DNA of 36,867 nt from a virus (taxonomy: Duplodnaviria > Caudoviricetes), in IMG/VR virus record IMGVR_UViG_3300037195_001174, positions 1 through 36,867 of that record; one strand, given 5' to 3'. How positions within the stretch are numbered: the first letter of the stretch is position 1; each line of letters begins with the position of its first letter. The translations under genes were made by a program, and so were the position numbers. This document shows positions 15,695 through 24,133 of this stretch, in pieces. Below the pieces are notes generated by a model. That model worked only from the letters and a program-made list of their open reading frames with translations, ran no database searches and was not told the DNA's origin.

Positions 15695-16016
15695 GTTCCG
15701 CGAGCCGCTGTCCGTGCGCACGCCCGGCGGGACGGTCGAGGTCGACACCGCGACACCCGCGGAGCTGCATATGGCATGCATGACGCTCGGGGTGCCCCCG
15801 TCCCATTCGGCCGAGTCGATGCGGCAGGGCCTGCGCCGCAAGCTCGAGCAGGTGAAGCTCGCACGCGCCCGCGAACGGCTGGTGGAGCTCGCACGCGCCC
15901 GCGAACGGCTGGAGAGCGCGAATGAGGTATTGCAGCTGCAGCTACTCGCAGCCCGGCACAGGGCGAGCCAGCCCCTGTGGTTCCATTTCTTTGACTGGCT
16001 CACGGGTAGACGATGA
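15687..16016 (+). CDS. Hypothetical coiled-coil protein with LARARERL duplication
   Basis: Coupled at both ends; 27-bp exact repeat at 15856-15882 and 15886-15912. Confidence 0.65.
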   Translation: MSEFREPLSVRTPGGTVEVDTATPAELHMACMTLGVPPSHSAESMRQGLRRKLEQVKLARARERLVELARARERLESANEVLQLQLLAARHRASQPLWFHFFDWLTGRR

Positions 16017-16486
16017 GTGACCTCGAGACCACCGCGCTACGCGACCTGCCCGAATCCGCCTACAATTTCGTGTGTAGCTCGTGGGTCCACTCGTGGCGCC
16101 GGCGGGTGGGACGCAACATCGACCAGGACATCTATCACCGCAGCTTCCCGAAGGTCGCGAACCACATCGCATCCCACGAGCTTGTCCGCGTGCTGCATTT
16201 CCCGGGAAATACGGACTTCTATCTCGGATGGATTGCGACCAGCGGCCCCGAGCGCCTCCACTACGTCTATATTAGGCAGAACTTCCGTCGACAGGGTAAT
16301 GCGAATACCCTAATAGCCGCCCACACGTCCAAGGATGCGACCTACAGCCTGCAGCCTGTCACCGAATGGCAGCGCCTATGGCTCGGGCGCAGGATGAAAC
16401 ATGACCCCTACCAGATTGCAGCCACATTGATCGGAGCCCACGATGAGCAAGCGACAGAAGACGACGACGACCCCCGTCCCCGATGA
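16013..16486 (+). CDS. GNAT-like acetyltransferase
   Basis: YLGWI...LHYVYIRQNFRRQGNANTLI matches GNAT motif A (acetyl-CoA binding RxxGxA). Confidence 0.7.
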   Translation: MSDLETTALRDLPESAYNFVCSSWVHSWRRRVGRNIDQDIYHRSFPKVANHIASHELVRVLHFPGNTDFYLGWIATSGPERLHYVYIRQNFRRQGNANTLIAAHTSKDATYSLQPVTEWQRLWLGRRMKHDPYQIAATLIGAHDEQATEDDDDPRPR

Positions 16487-16919
16487 CCTCGACAGCCTCG
16501 ACCCGTCCGCGACGGTGGGCGACCTGGCAGCCCAGCGCGAGCAGCTCGCGGTCGAGCGCGCCAAGCTGCGTGCGGAGGAAGCGGAGAGCCTGCGGGCCGC
16601 ACAGGAGAGCCTCGCCGCGCTGCAGAAGGTACAGGCGGAGATGGAGAGCCGCGGGAAGGTGCTCGACCGCTTCCGGGCCGAGGACGGTCCAGAAGTGAAA
16701 GAGGTGCATTTCAAGGATGCGTTCTCGCTGCCGGGCTCGGGTGTCCGCGACACGAAGCGCCTGGTCCTGGCCAACGTGTCGGCATCGAAGCGCCCGCGGG
16801 TGGTCGATATGCCCTCGGAGCGGAAGGTGGTCCTGCTCGCCCCCGCGCCCGGTGCGGACGTACATGTGGTCCTATACGAGGGGGTGACTCGCCTTGTGTA
16901 CGGCCCGATGGGTGGGTAA
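16443..16919 (+). CDS. Hypothetical protein (coiled coil plus small beta domain)
   Basis: GGAG RBS; heptad-like N-half; beta-rich C-half. Confidence 0.7.
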   Translation: MSKRQKTTTTPVPDDLDSLDPSATVGDLAAQREQLAVERAKLRAEEAESLRAAQESLAALQKVQAEMESRGKVLDRFRAEDGPEVKEVHFKDAFSLPGSGVRDTKRLVLANVSASKRPRVVDMPSERKVVLLAPAPGADVHVVLYEGVTRLVYGPMGG

Positions 16920-16930
16920 GCTAACCCCTG

Positions 16931-17033
16931 CCGCAGTGTCCCGGGGCTTGGAGACCCGGGGGCCAGCCGTCCGGGAAACCGGCGGTGGTCGGCTCCTACG
17001 GGGGCAGGGGTTCGATTCCTCCACGCGGATCCA
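16931..17033 (+). ncRNA. tRNA-like structured RNA lacking an anticodon (five-way junction, 3' CCA)
   Basis: Five helices tile the intergenic gap, with D-like GG loop, GAAA and cUACGg tetraloops, GGGG-TTCGATT-CCTC T-arm and terminal ATCCA. Confidence 0.7.
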
Positions 17034-17053
17034 ATCATCCACGGAGAGCACCG

Positions 17054-17341
17054 ATGGCATTTAGCGCAGCAGACCTCGAAATTGCACAGGGCTACCTCGC
17101 CCAGATGATCCGCACGCGTGAGGATGAGGAGCGCCTAGCCGCGCTCGTCGCCAGCCTGCGCGGGACGACTGCAGGCGCAGCCACGCTCGACCGTGCTCCC
17201 ACGTGTGACGCAGGTCACAGTAAGCCCAAGAAAGCCGCGAAGAAGAAGGCTCGCAAGCGCAAGCCGCCCGCGGTGATCAACATGGGACCGCAGGCGGCGG
17301 ACACGCTGCCGCCCGATGCGCCCGAGGGGGCTCCGGTATGA
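17054..17341 (+). CDS. Hypothetical protein with basic KPKKAAKKKARKRK patch
   Basis: GGAGAG RBS, ATG 17054. Confidence 0.7.
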   Translation: MAFSAADLEIAQGYLAQMIRTREDEERLAALVASLRGTTAGAATLDRAPTCDAGHSKPKKAAKKKARKRKPPAVINMGPQAADTLPPDAPEGAPV

Positions 17342-17577
17342 GGTCCGCGGTAGTCGCATGCGTGCTGATCGCGGGCTGTTCGAGCCTGCCCCCGGTCGCC
17401 AAGTCCGCGATGGACCTGCTGCTGCCCGTGGCTGCAGACGCGCTCACGGACGCTGTGCGGGACGCCTACAGCGCGGAGCCAGACGAGTCGACGGCCGTCT
17501 GCTTCCCACTGCCGGCCGAGGCCGTGGGCGATGATGGCTACGTCTACGTCGTGTGCCGTGCGAAGGCTGTGGAGTGA
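17338..17577 (+). CDS. Small lipoprotein
   Basis: MRSAVVACVLIAG-C lipobox; two further Cys. Confidence 0.7.
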   Translation: MRSAVVACVLIAGCSSLPPVAKSAMDLLLPVAADALTDAVRDAYSAEPDESTAVCFPLPAEAVGDDGYVYVVCRAKAVE

Positions 17578-17744
17578 TCACACGCACACGCGGACAGCGG
17601 TCGGTCAGATGGCGGCGAGCGGTCAGGCGCAGGACCCCGTGGATCAACGCGGAGTACATCCCGCCGATGACGGTCGCGGCTCCCGGCATGTGGGGCAAGA
17701 CCCCGATCGAGCGCAGCACCCGCGAGGAAGCAGCGGCGGGCTGA
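17574..17744 (+). CDS. Small Arg-rich protein
   Basis: GTGA coupling; RSVRWRRAVRRR. Confidence 0.45.
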   Translation: MITRTRGQRSVRWRRAVRRRTPWINAEYIPPMTVAAPGMWGKTPIERSTREEAAAG

Positions 17745-17751
17745 TCGACGA

Positions 17752-18126
17752 GTGACCGTATCCCGCCGCAACTTCATCCGCTCCGCCGGCGCGCTCGTGG
17801 GGCTCGTCGCGGCTGCCCCGGTGGCGCGCGTGTTCGACATGGGCGCCAATGTGCGCAGCGCGAAGCGGCCGCAAGCTGTGTTCAATATGGCCGAGCTGTC
17901 CGCAGCCGTCCCGACCCCCACAGGCATCCCGGGGGGCGACCCGGCTGAATACGGCTTTGAGTGGACCAGAGACGACCAGGTGGACGCCGCAATATATGCG
18001 TGGAAGGCGCGGGAGAACCGGCTGGTCACCACGAACGTGGATCGCGACACCCGGACCATCACGATCGGCGCTATGCCCGCATCGTGGGAGCCGCAGTCCG
18101 AGACGCTCAAACTGCTAGACGCCTAG
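17752..18126 (+). CDS. Protein with twin-arginine (Tat)-like signal peptide
   Basis: MTVSRRNFIRSAGALVGLVAAAPVA fits S-R-R-x-F-L plus a hydrophobic h-region. Confidence 0.7.
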   Translation: MTVSRRNFIRSAGALVGLVAAAPVARVFDMGANVRSAKRPQAVFNMAELSAAVPTPTGIPGGDPAEYGFEWTRDDQVDAAIYAWKARENRLVTTNVDRDTRTITIGAMPASWEPQSETLKLLDA

Positions 18127-18127
18127 C

Positions 18128-19708
18128 ATGCAAGGGCCCGCGCAATACATCGCGAACGCCCGAGCACGCAAAGAGCAGGACAGGCGCGACCCGTACGAGC
18201 TCATGTTCCCAAAGCAGCGTGAAGCGTTCGCTGCCGAGGACCAGGAGTTCATAGCGGTCCACTGTGGTAGGCGCTCGGGTAAGACGCGCGGGTTCCTCCT
18301 ACGCGCGCTCAAGGTGATGCAGAAATACCCGGGCTGCCGGGTGCCGTACATCGCGTTAACTCGCAAGTCCGCTGAGGGCATCCTGTGGCGGCAGATTGCA
18401 GAAGTGAACGACGACCTCGGGCTGGGGCTCATCCCGCGCAAGGGCGCCCTCGTGTGGGAGGCTCCGAACGGGGCCGAGATATTCCTGGTCGGCGCCAACA
18501 AAACCGACGAGATCGAGAAGCTCCGCGGGCAGGCGTACCCGCTGATCGGCATCGATGAGGCCGCGTCGTTCCGCGCGACCCTGCTCGAGCTGCTGATCGA
18601 TGACGTGCTGGACATGGCCCTGATGGACTACAAGGGCTCCATCATCCTGGTAGGCACGCCCGGGGCCGCGTGCGTGGGCTACTTCCACGACGTGTGCACG
18701 GGCGCCAAGCCGGGCTGGTCGGTCCACCATTGGGACGCTACGGACAATCCGCACATGCCTCACGCGGCCGAGTGGATGGAGGCCAGGCGCATCAAACGCG
18801 GATGGGACACGGACAACCCCACCTATCTGCGGGAATACAGGGGCATCTGGGCTCGCGACACGGACGCGCTCGTCTACAAGTGGGACCAGTCGCGCAACGG
18901 CGAGCACGCGATGCCCGACGACTACGACCCCGCGAGCAAGGCGTGGAGCCACGTGATCGGCATCGACTATGGCTATGTCGACAGCTGCGCGTGGGTCGTC
19001 CTGGCCTTCCGCAGTTGGAAGGGGTCGGGGGGCGACCGGACCGTGTACGTGGTCGAGTCGTTCAAGCGCTCGACCTTGAGCCTCGAGGAGCACGCCGAGT
19101 TCCTGTCCGATATGGCCATCGAGGGTGTCGCGGTGGAAGCGGACCGCCCGGTGGGCGCCGGGTTGCTGCAGGACGAAGCCGGCTGGCTCACGCAGCGACT
19201 GTACCGCAAGTACGCACCTCAGCGCATAGTAGGCGACAGTGGGGGCCTCGGTAAGCCGTATGTCGAATTCGCCCGGCGGCGGCTCAAGATCCCGATCGTG
19301 GCCGCGGACAAGGCTGCGAAGTTGGCCCAAATCGAGTTTGTCAACGCCGCATTGCGCACTTCGGCGCTCCGTGTGATACTCACCAGCAACCGAGACCTGA
19401 TCGACGAAGCTGCGATCCTGCAGTGGAGCATGGAAAAGGTCGCGGTGACTGCGGGTGGTCAAGTCCGGCATGAGCTACGCCGGGCGATCGATGAGCGATT
19501 CGAGGACCATTTGTGTGACGCGCTGCAGTATGCCTATGGGGCTGCTACAGCGTATCGAAATGAGGCCCCAGCCAAAAAGCCTCCGCGTGATCTGAGCCGC
19601 GATGCGGTCGACGACACCCGAGACGCGCCACGTGAGCGGCGCAACGAGGCTGGATGGCTGGAGACACGGAGAGCGGGCAAGCAAGCCAACGACTGGTGGG
19701 ACCGCTAG
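18128..19708 (+). CDS. terL: Terminase large subunit
   Basis: FPKQ, Walker A GRRSGKT, Walker B IGIDEAA, GTP coupling motif, nuclease GIDYG and EDHLCDALQY. Confidence 0.93.
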   Translation: MQGPAQYIANARARKEQDRRDPYELMFPKQREAFAAEDQEFIAVHCGRRSGKTRGFLLRALKVMQKYPGCRVPYIALTRKSAEGILWRQIAEVNDDLGLGLIPRKGALVWEAPNGAEIFLVGANKTDEIEKLRGQAYPLIGIDEAASFRATLLELLIDDVLDMALMDYKGSIILVGTPGAACVGYFHDVCTGAKPGWSVHHWDATDNPHMPHAAEWMEARRIKRGWDTDNPTYLREYRGIWARDTDALVYKWDQSRNGEHAMPDDYDPASKAWSHVIGIDYGYVDSCAWVVLAFRSWKGSGGDRTVYVVESFKRSTLSLEEHAEFLSDMAIEGVAVEADRPVGAGLLQDEAGWLTQRLYRKYAPQRIVGDSGGLGKPYVEFARRRLKIPIVAADKAAKLAQIEFVNAALRTSALRVILTSNRDLIDEAAILQWSMEKVAVTAGGQVRHELRRAIDERFEDHLCDALQYAYGAATAYRNEAPAKKPPRDLSRDAVDDTRDAPRERRNEAGWLETRRAGKQANDWWDR

Positions 19709-19959
19709 CTCCCGATGACCTAGTCGCGCTCGCTAAGCAGATGCTCGCCATCGGCGCGACTCGCTTCGACGTGTCCGCCGGGTCGGTTGAGTTCGCCGCT
19801 TCCACCGTCGCGAGCCATCAGGCCAACGAGCACCGCGTCCGCCGCGAGGAAGCCGAGCGCGCTGCCCTTGCGGAGGTCGGGGACCTTGAGGACCAGCAGC
19901 GGATGGCGGCTGACCTCGCCGAGCACCGCAAGATGCGTGACGCATTCGGGAGCGCATGA
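19696..19959 (+). CDS. Small hypothetical protein between TerL and portal
   Basis: Fills the gap and is coupled to the portal start; own start uncertain. Confidence 0.55.
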   Translation: MGPLAPDDLVALAKQMLAIGATRFDVSAGSVEFAASTVASHQANEHRVRREEAERAALAEVGDLEDQQRMAADLAEHRKMRDAFGSA

Positions 19960-21869
19960 TGGCGATCAAGGGCAAAAAGAAGCTAGTCAACGCGATGTCC
20001 CGCGACAAGCGCCCGAAGACCGCAGCGGTCGACGGCGGCAAGTCGCAGGACTGGTGGGACTGCGCGGAGGGCGAGGCGCACGATGAGCTGTATCAGCTCG
20101 TGAGCCACATCGAGACGTACTACGAGAAGCGGCGACGGGTCGACAACCTCTGGTACATGGGCCTGTATGGCGACAAGCGGGCGAAATATAAAATAGCGGG
20201 GACCTGGGAAGGCCAGCATTTGAAATTCAATTTGTGCAAGGCGGTCTCGGACGCGGCGCAGGCGTCGATCGCTGGCATGCGACCCAAGCCCAAGTTCCTG
20301 ACCCAACGCGGTGACTGGGGCATGAAGCGGCGCGCGCAGGCTTCCGAGCTGATGGTCGAGGCCGAATACGAAGCCAACAACGTCTATGAGATGGCCGCGA
20401 GGGGCTTCCTCGATGCGTGCAAGACCGGGACGACCGGGTTCAAGATCTACAACGACGGCAGCCGGCCCAAGATCGAGCTGCTGCAGCCGGGCGCGCTCCT
20501 GGTCGACCCGATGGAAGCCAAGTACGGCAACCCCAAAGGCATATACGAGGTGGCCCTCGTGAGCCGCTACGAAGCGCTCGGACGGTGGGGCGACACCCCG
20601 GAGCGGCGCGCGGCCATCGAGGCTGCCCCGATCGAGGACGGGCGCACGTGGTTCCCGTGGCTGCCCATCGACACGAAGATCGAGCAGATCCTCGTGATGG
20701 AAGCGCACCGCGAATCCGACCCGGGCGCGTGGAACAACACGGAGAAGGGGCGGCACGTCGTGATCGTCCGCGGTGCGACCCTGCTCGATGAGGAGTGGGA
20801 CCGCCCGAATCCCTACTGCCTGTTTCGCTACGACACGGAGAGCGCGGAGTTCTGGGGCCGCGGGCTGGTCGAGAACCTCGCCGGGCTACAGGTCACGCTC
20901 AACCGGACGCTGCGGAAGGTGGAGGAATGCATTGAGCTAGCCGCCGGGCCGCGCGTGTGGGTCGAGGAGGGGTCGAACGTCAACCCGGAGCACTTCGACG
21001 ACATCCCGGGTGCCATCATGCACTACAGCGGGGTCGCTCCCACGATCGAGGTAACCAACACGGTGCCGCAGCAGCTGCTCGAGCACGTGGAGACGACCAT
21101 TCGTCGCGGCTTCGAGCAGGAGGGGCTGTCGATGCTTGGCGCGATGGGGCGCAAGCCGGCCGGGCTCAACAGTGGCGCGGCCCTCCGCGAGCACAATGAC
21201 ATTGAGAACAGTCGCTTTATCGTCAAGTCGCAGGCGTACGAGCGCTGGCTCGGGGTCACGCTGGCCGAGCGGCTGGTCGAGGAGAAGCGGTGGATCGCGG
21301 ACAACTGCGACGGGGACCCGCGGCCCATCAAGGCGAAGGTCACCCGCGGTCGCAACGTCACGCTGAAGACGCTTGATTGGTCAGACGCGCGGCTCGACCC
21401 GAGCGACTACGAGATCCAGGTGTTCCCTGCGTCCTCGCTGCCGACCACGCCCGCGGGGCGCATCGCGACGGTCGAGGCATGGATCGGGTCGGGGCTGCTG
21501 TCCCGCGAGCAGGGAATGCAGCTGCTCGACTTCCCGGATTTGCAAGACTTCACGAGCAAGGAGCTCGCCCTTCAAGAGCTGGTCCTCTATCACATCGAGG
21601 TGATGCTCGAAGACGGGGAGTTCTTCCCGCCTAGCGCGCTACAGGACCCCGGGCCGAGCATCGAACTAGCGAAGGCGTCCGTGCTGCGAGCCGAGACGGA
21701 CGGGGCTCCTGAGGACCACACGGACCTCGTGTACCAGTACATCGATGACCTGCGCGCCTATCAGGAGCAAGCGATGGCCGCAGCCCAACCACAACCCGCC
21801 GCCGGTGCACCCGTGCCCGGCGACATCAACACCGCGACGGCAAACCAGATGTCGATCGCGCAAGCCTAG
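19956..21869 (+). CDS. Portal protein (P22/podovirus-like)
   Basis: 637 aa after TerL; KFNLCKAVSD, FWGRGLVENL.GLQ..LN, PGAIMHY, SGAALRE motifs; Q/P/A-rich tail. Confidence 0.85.
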   Translation: MMAIKGKKKLVNAMSRDKRPKTAAVDGGKSQDWWDCAEGEAHDELYQLVSHIETYYEKRRRVDNLWYMGLYGDKRAKYKIAGTWEGQHLKFNLCKAVSDAAQASIAGMRPKPKFLTQRGDWGMKRRAQASELMVEAEYEANNVYEMAARGFLDACKTGTTGFKIYNDGSRPKIELLQPGALLVDPMEAKYGNPKGIYEVALVSRYEALGRWGDTPERRAAIEAAPIEDGRTWFPWLPIDTKIEQILVMEAHRESDPGAWNNTEKGRHVVIVRGATLLDEEWDRPNPYCLFRYDTESAEFWGRGLVENLAGLQVTLNRTLRKVEECIELAAGPRVWVEEGSNVNPEHFDDIPGAIMHYSGVAPTIEVTNTVPQQLLEHVETTIRRGFEQEGLSMLGAMGRKPAGLNSGAALREHNDIENSRFIVKSQAYERWLGVTLAERLVEEKRWIADNCDGDPRPIKAKVTRGRNVTLKTLDWSDARLDPSDYEIQVFPASSLPTTPAGRIATVEAWIGSGLLSREQGMQLLDFPDLQDFTSKELALQELVLYHIEVMLEDGEFFPPSALQDPGPSIELAKASVLRAETDGAPEDHTDLVYQYIDDLRAYQEQAMAAAQPQPAAGAPVPGDINTATANQMSIAQA

Positions 21870-21881
21870 AAGGTAGCCCAC

Positions 21882-22820
21882 ATGCCTCCAGAAGCAGAAG
21901 CCACGACCGAGTTAACCGCCGCTGAATCATCCGCCACAGCTCCGCCTGATGTCGAGGGCCCCACAGCGGCCCCGGAGCCGTCCGCGGCCGAGCAGTATGA
22001 GGGCAAGCTCGCGAACCTCACCGCACAGTCCCGCGGGCTGCAGGTCGAGGTGACGAAGCACATGAACGTCGCGAAGGCGGCGCAGACCGAGCTCGAAGAG
22101 CTGCGGGCGAGGGTCAAAGCGGACGAGGACGAGCTGCAGAGCGACACGCTCGCGTTTCTCAAGCGGAAGGGGCGCGGCTATGGCGACCTGACCAGCGAGC
22201 TGCTCAAGAGCGAGGAGGCCCCGCTCACGCCCGAGCAGGAGCAAATCAAGGAGCTGCTCGCGGACAAGGCAGCGCGCGACGAGCGGGACGCGAAGACCGC
22301 GGAGGAGGCGCAGGCCGCGGAGGTCGAGCGACTGCGCGAGGGCAACCTGAGCACCATCCGCGATTACTTCGCAGAGAAGGGCGTGGAGGAGCCCACGGGC
22401 GCCTACGCCTACTCATCAATCTTAGGCCAGGAGGAGACCTTTCTTTCCGAAGCGGCCCGGTTCGTAGAAGAGAACCACCAGAATCCATCGCCCGAGTGGC
22501 AGGAGCAGACGGCTCTTGAGATCGAGGCCGACGTGCGCAAGCGAACGCATGCCGAGTTGGGGAAGCTGCTCGAAGCTGACAAGAGCGGCTCCTTCCGTGA
22601 GTTCCTGAATGGGCTACTCGCATCAAGCAATCCAGACACGCCAGCCGACGGGCAAGCAACGACACGTCGCAAGGGTCAGGGCAATAATGCCAAGACTCTC
22701 ACCCAACGGAGCACGTCCAGCCCTGGTCCCCGCGAGCGCGAACGCCTCACGGAAGAGCAGCGGATGGAGCGGCTCCACAAGAGGCTCGACGATGAGGGGC
22801 TACTAATGCCACGGCAGTAG
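21882..22820 (+). CDS. Probable capsid scaffolding protein
   Basis: Acidic, helical, disordered ends; between portal and capsid. Confidence 0.7.
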   Translation: MPPEAEATTELTAAESSATAPPDVEGPTAAPEPSAAEQYEGKLANLTAQSRGLQVEVTKHMNVAKAAQTELEELRARVKADEDELQSDTLAFLKRKGRGYGDLTSELLKSEEAPLTPEQEQIKELLADKAARDERDAKTAEEAQAAEVERLREGNLSTIRDYFAEKGVEEPTGAYAYSSILGQEETFLSEAARFVEENHQNPSPEWQEQTALEIEADVRKRTHAELGKLLEADKSGSFREFLNGLLASSNPDTPADGQATTRRKGQGNNAKTLTQRSTSSPGPRERERLTEEQRMERLHKRLDDEGLLMPRQ

Positions 22821-22856
22821 GCGCCCCCGCGCTAAGCCTCGAAGGATGACGGCGAC

Positions 22857-24065
22857 ATGACAAATCTAGCACTCGCGGGCATCGCGCCCGTACTGGAGGA
22901 ATTGTATCCCTCCGCAGACATGACCGAGAACATCATGCGGGCGAACCCCGCGCTCGGTCTCATCAACAACAAGACCACCGGCGGTGGCTTGTACCGACGC
23001 GTGCAGCTGAAGTACACGCGCCCGCAGGGTCGGTCCGCGACCTTCGCGGATGCACTGGCTAACTCGGTCGGCTCGGCACGCGCCGGCTTCAACGTGACTT
23101 GGAAGAACAACTACCAGATCGCGGGCATCGACGGCGATGTCATCGACGACGCGCAGGGCAACCGCGTGATGCTGATCGAGCACGTCAAGGCGGAGATGGA
23201 CGGCGCGATCGAGAACATGCGCGACGACCTCGGTCAGAACGTGTTCCGCAACCACGGCGGCGCACGCGGTCAGGTGGGCTCGGGAACGTCCTCGCCCATC
23301 ACGCTGGCGGACATCGAGGAGATCGCACACTTCGAGGTGGGAATGGTCCTCACCGCGTCCACCGACGACGGCACGGGCTCCGGCACCGACCGCTCGGGCG
23401 AGGGCACGATCACGGACGTCAACCGCGACACCGGTGTCATCACCTACTCAGGCACCATCACCTCGATCGCCGCGGACGACTACCTGTTTGTCGACGGCGA
23501 CCAGGGCAACAAGATGTCGGGCTTCCTTGACTGGATCCCGACGACCGCACCGAGCGCAACGGCGTTCTACGGTGTGGACCGAACCTCCGATGTTGTTCGC
23601 CTTGCCGGTGTGCGCTACGTCGGTACCTCGGACAGCACGGCCGAGGCGCTGGTCGAGTTGACCACCCGCATCCGCCGCAACAAGGTCTCGACCGGTCCGG
23701 ATGTGATCTTCGTGTCCCCGCTCGTGTATGGAGCGCTCGACATCGCGCTCGAAAGCCGCAAGCGGATCGTCGAGGTCGAGGGCAAGGGCGCCGCGGCTGG
23801 CATCGGCTACGACGCGATCGAGCTCAACACCCCCGCTGGCGCCATGAAGATCGTCAGCGACCCGTCCTGTCAGGCTGGCCTGATGTGGGCGATCAATACC
23901 AATAGCTGGTGCTTCGAGACCGTGGGCGAGATGATTCGCGTCCTCGACGAAGACGGCAACCCCATCCTGCGACAGGCCGCCGCCGACGGCTACGACCTGC
24001 GCGTGAAGTGCCGCGGCAACTTCTGGTGCAACGAGCCCGGAAGCAACGGGCAGTCGACGCTGTAG
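22857..24065 (+). CDS. Major capsid protein
   Basis: 402 aa with very strong codon bias. HK97-like layout (NPALGLI, long backbone helix, DVIFVSP, KIVSDPSC, GNFWCNEPG) and an inserted beta domain. Confidence 0.85.
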   Translation: MTNLALAGIAPVLEELYPSADMTENIMRANPALGLINNKTTGGGLYRRVQLKYTRPQGRSATFADALANSVGSARAGFNVTWKNNYQIAGIDGDVIDDAQGNRVMLIEHVKAEMDGAIENMRDDLGQNVFRNHGGARGQVGSGTSSPITLADIEEIAHFEVGMVLTASTDDGTGSGTDRSGEGTITDVNRDTGVITYSGTITSIAADDYLFVDGDQGNKMSGFLDWIPTTAPSATAFYGVDRTSDVVRLAGVRYVGTSDSTAEALVELTTRIRRNKVSTGPDVIFVSPLVYGALDIALESRKRIVEVEGKGAAAGIGYDAIELNTPAGAMKIVSDPSCQAGLMWAINTNSWCFETVGEMIRVLDEDGNPILRQAAADGYDLRVKCRGNFWCNEPGSNGQSTL

Positions 24066-24077
24066 ACCCTCCAGGGA

Positions 24078-24107
24078 GCCCGGGGCTGGCACTAGCTGGC
24101 CTCGGGC
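24078..24107 (+). terminator. 13-bp hairpin after the capsid gene (terminator/stabiliser, no U-tract)
   Basis: gcccggggctggc-acta-gctggcctcgggc. Confidence 0.5.
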
Positions 24108-24133
24108 GACCGCTACCCGAACGGAACGCACCA

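Noticed and set aside
15856-15912. 30-bp-period tandem repeat as a regulatory element
   Set aside because: In-frame two-copy duplication extending a coiled coil; no further copies.
16931-17033. Canonical tRNA, tRNA-Sec or tmRNA
   Set aside because: No 7-nt anticodon loop (GAAA tetraloop instead), no UCA, 4-bp T-stem, bulged acceptor, and far too short for tmRNA.
18052-18114. DGR TR/VR pair with 36254-36316
   Set aside because: Match is short, flanking differences are not adenine-restricted, and no RT gene is present.
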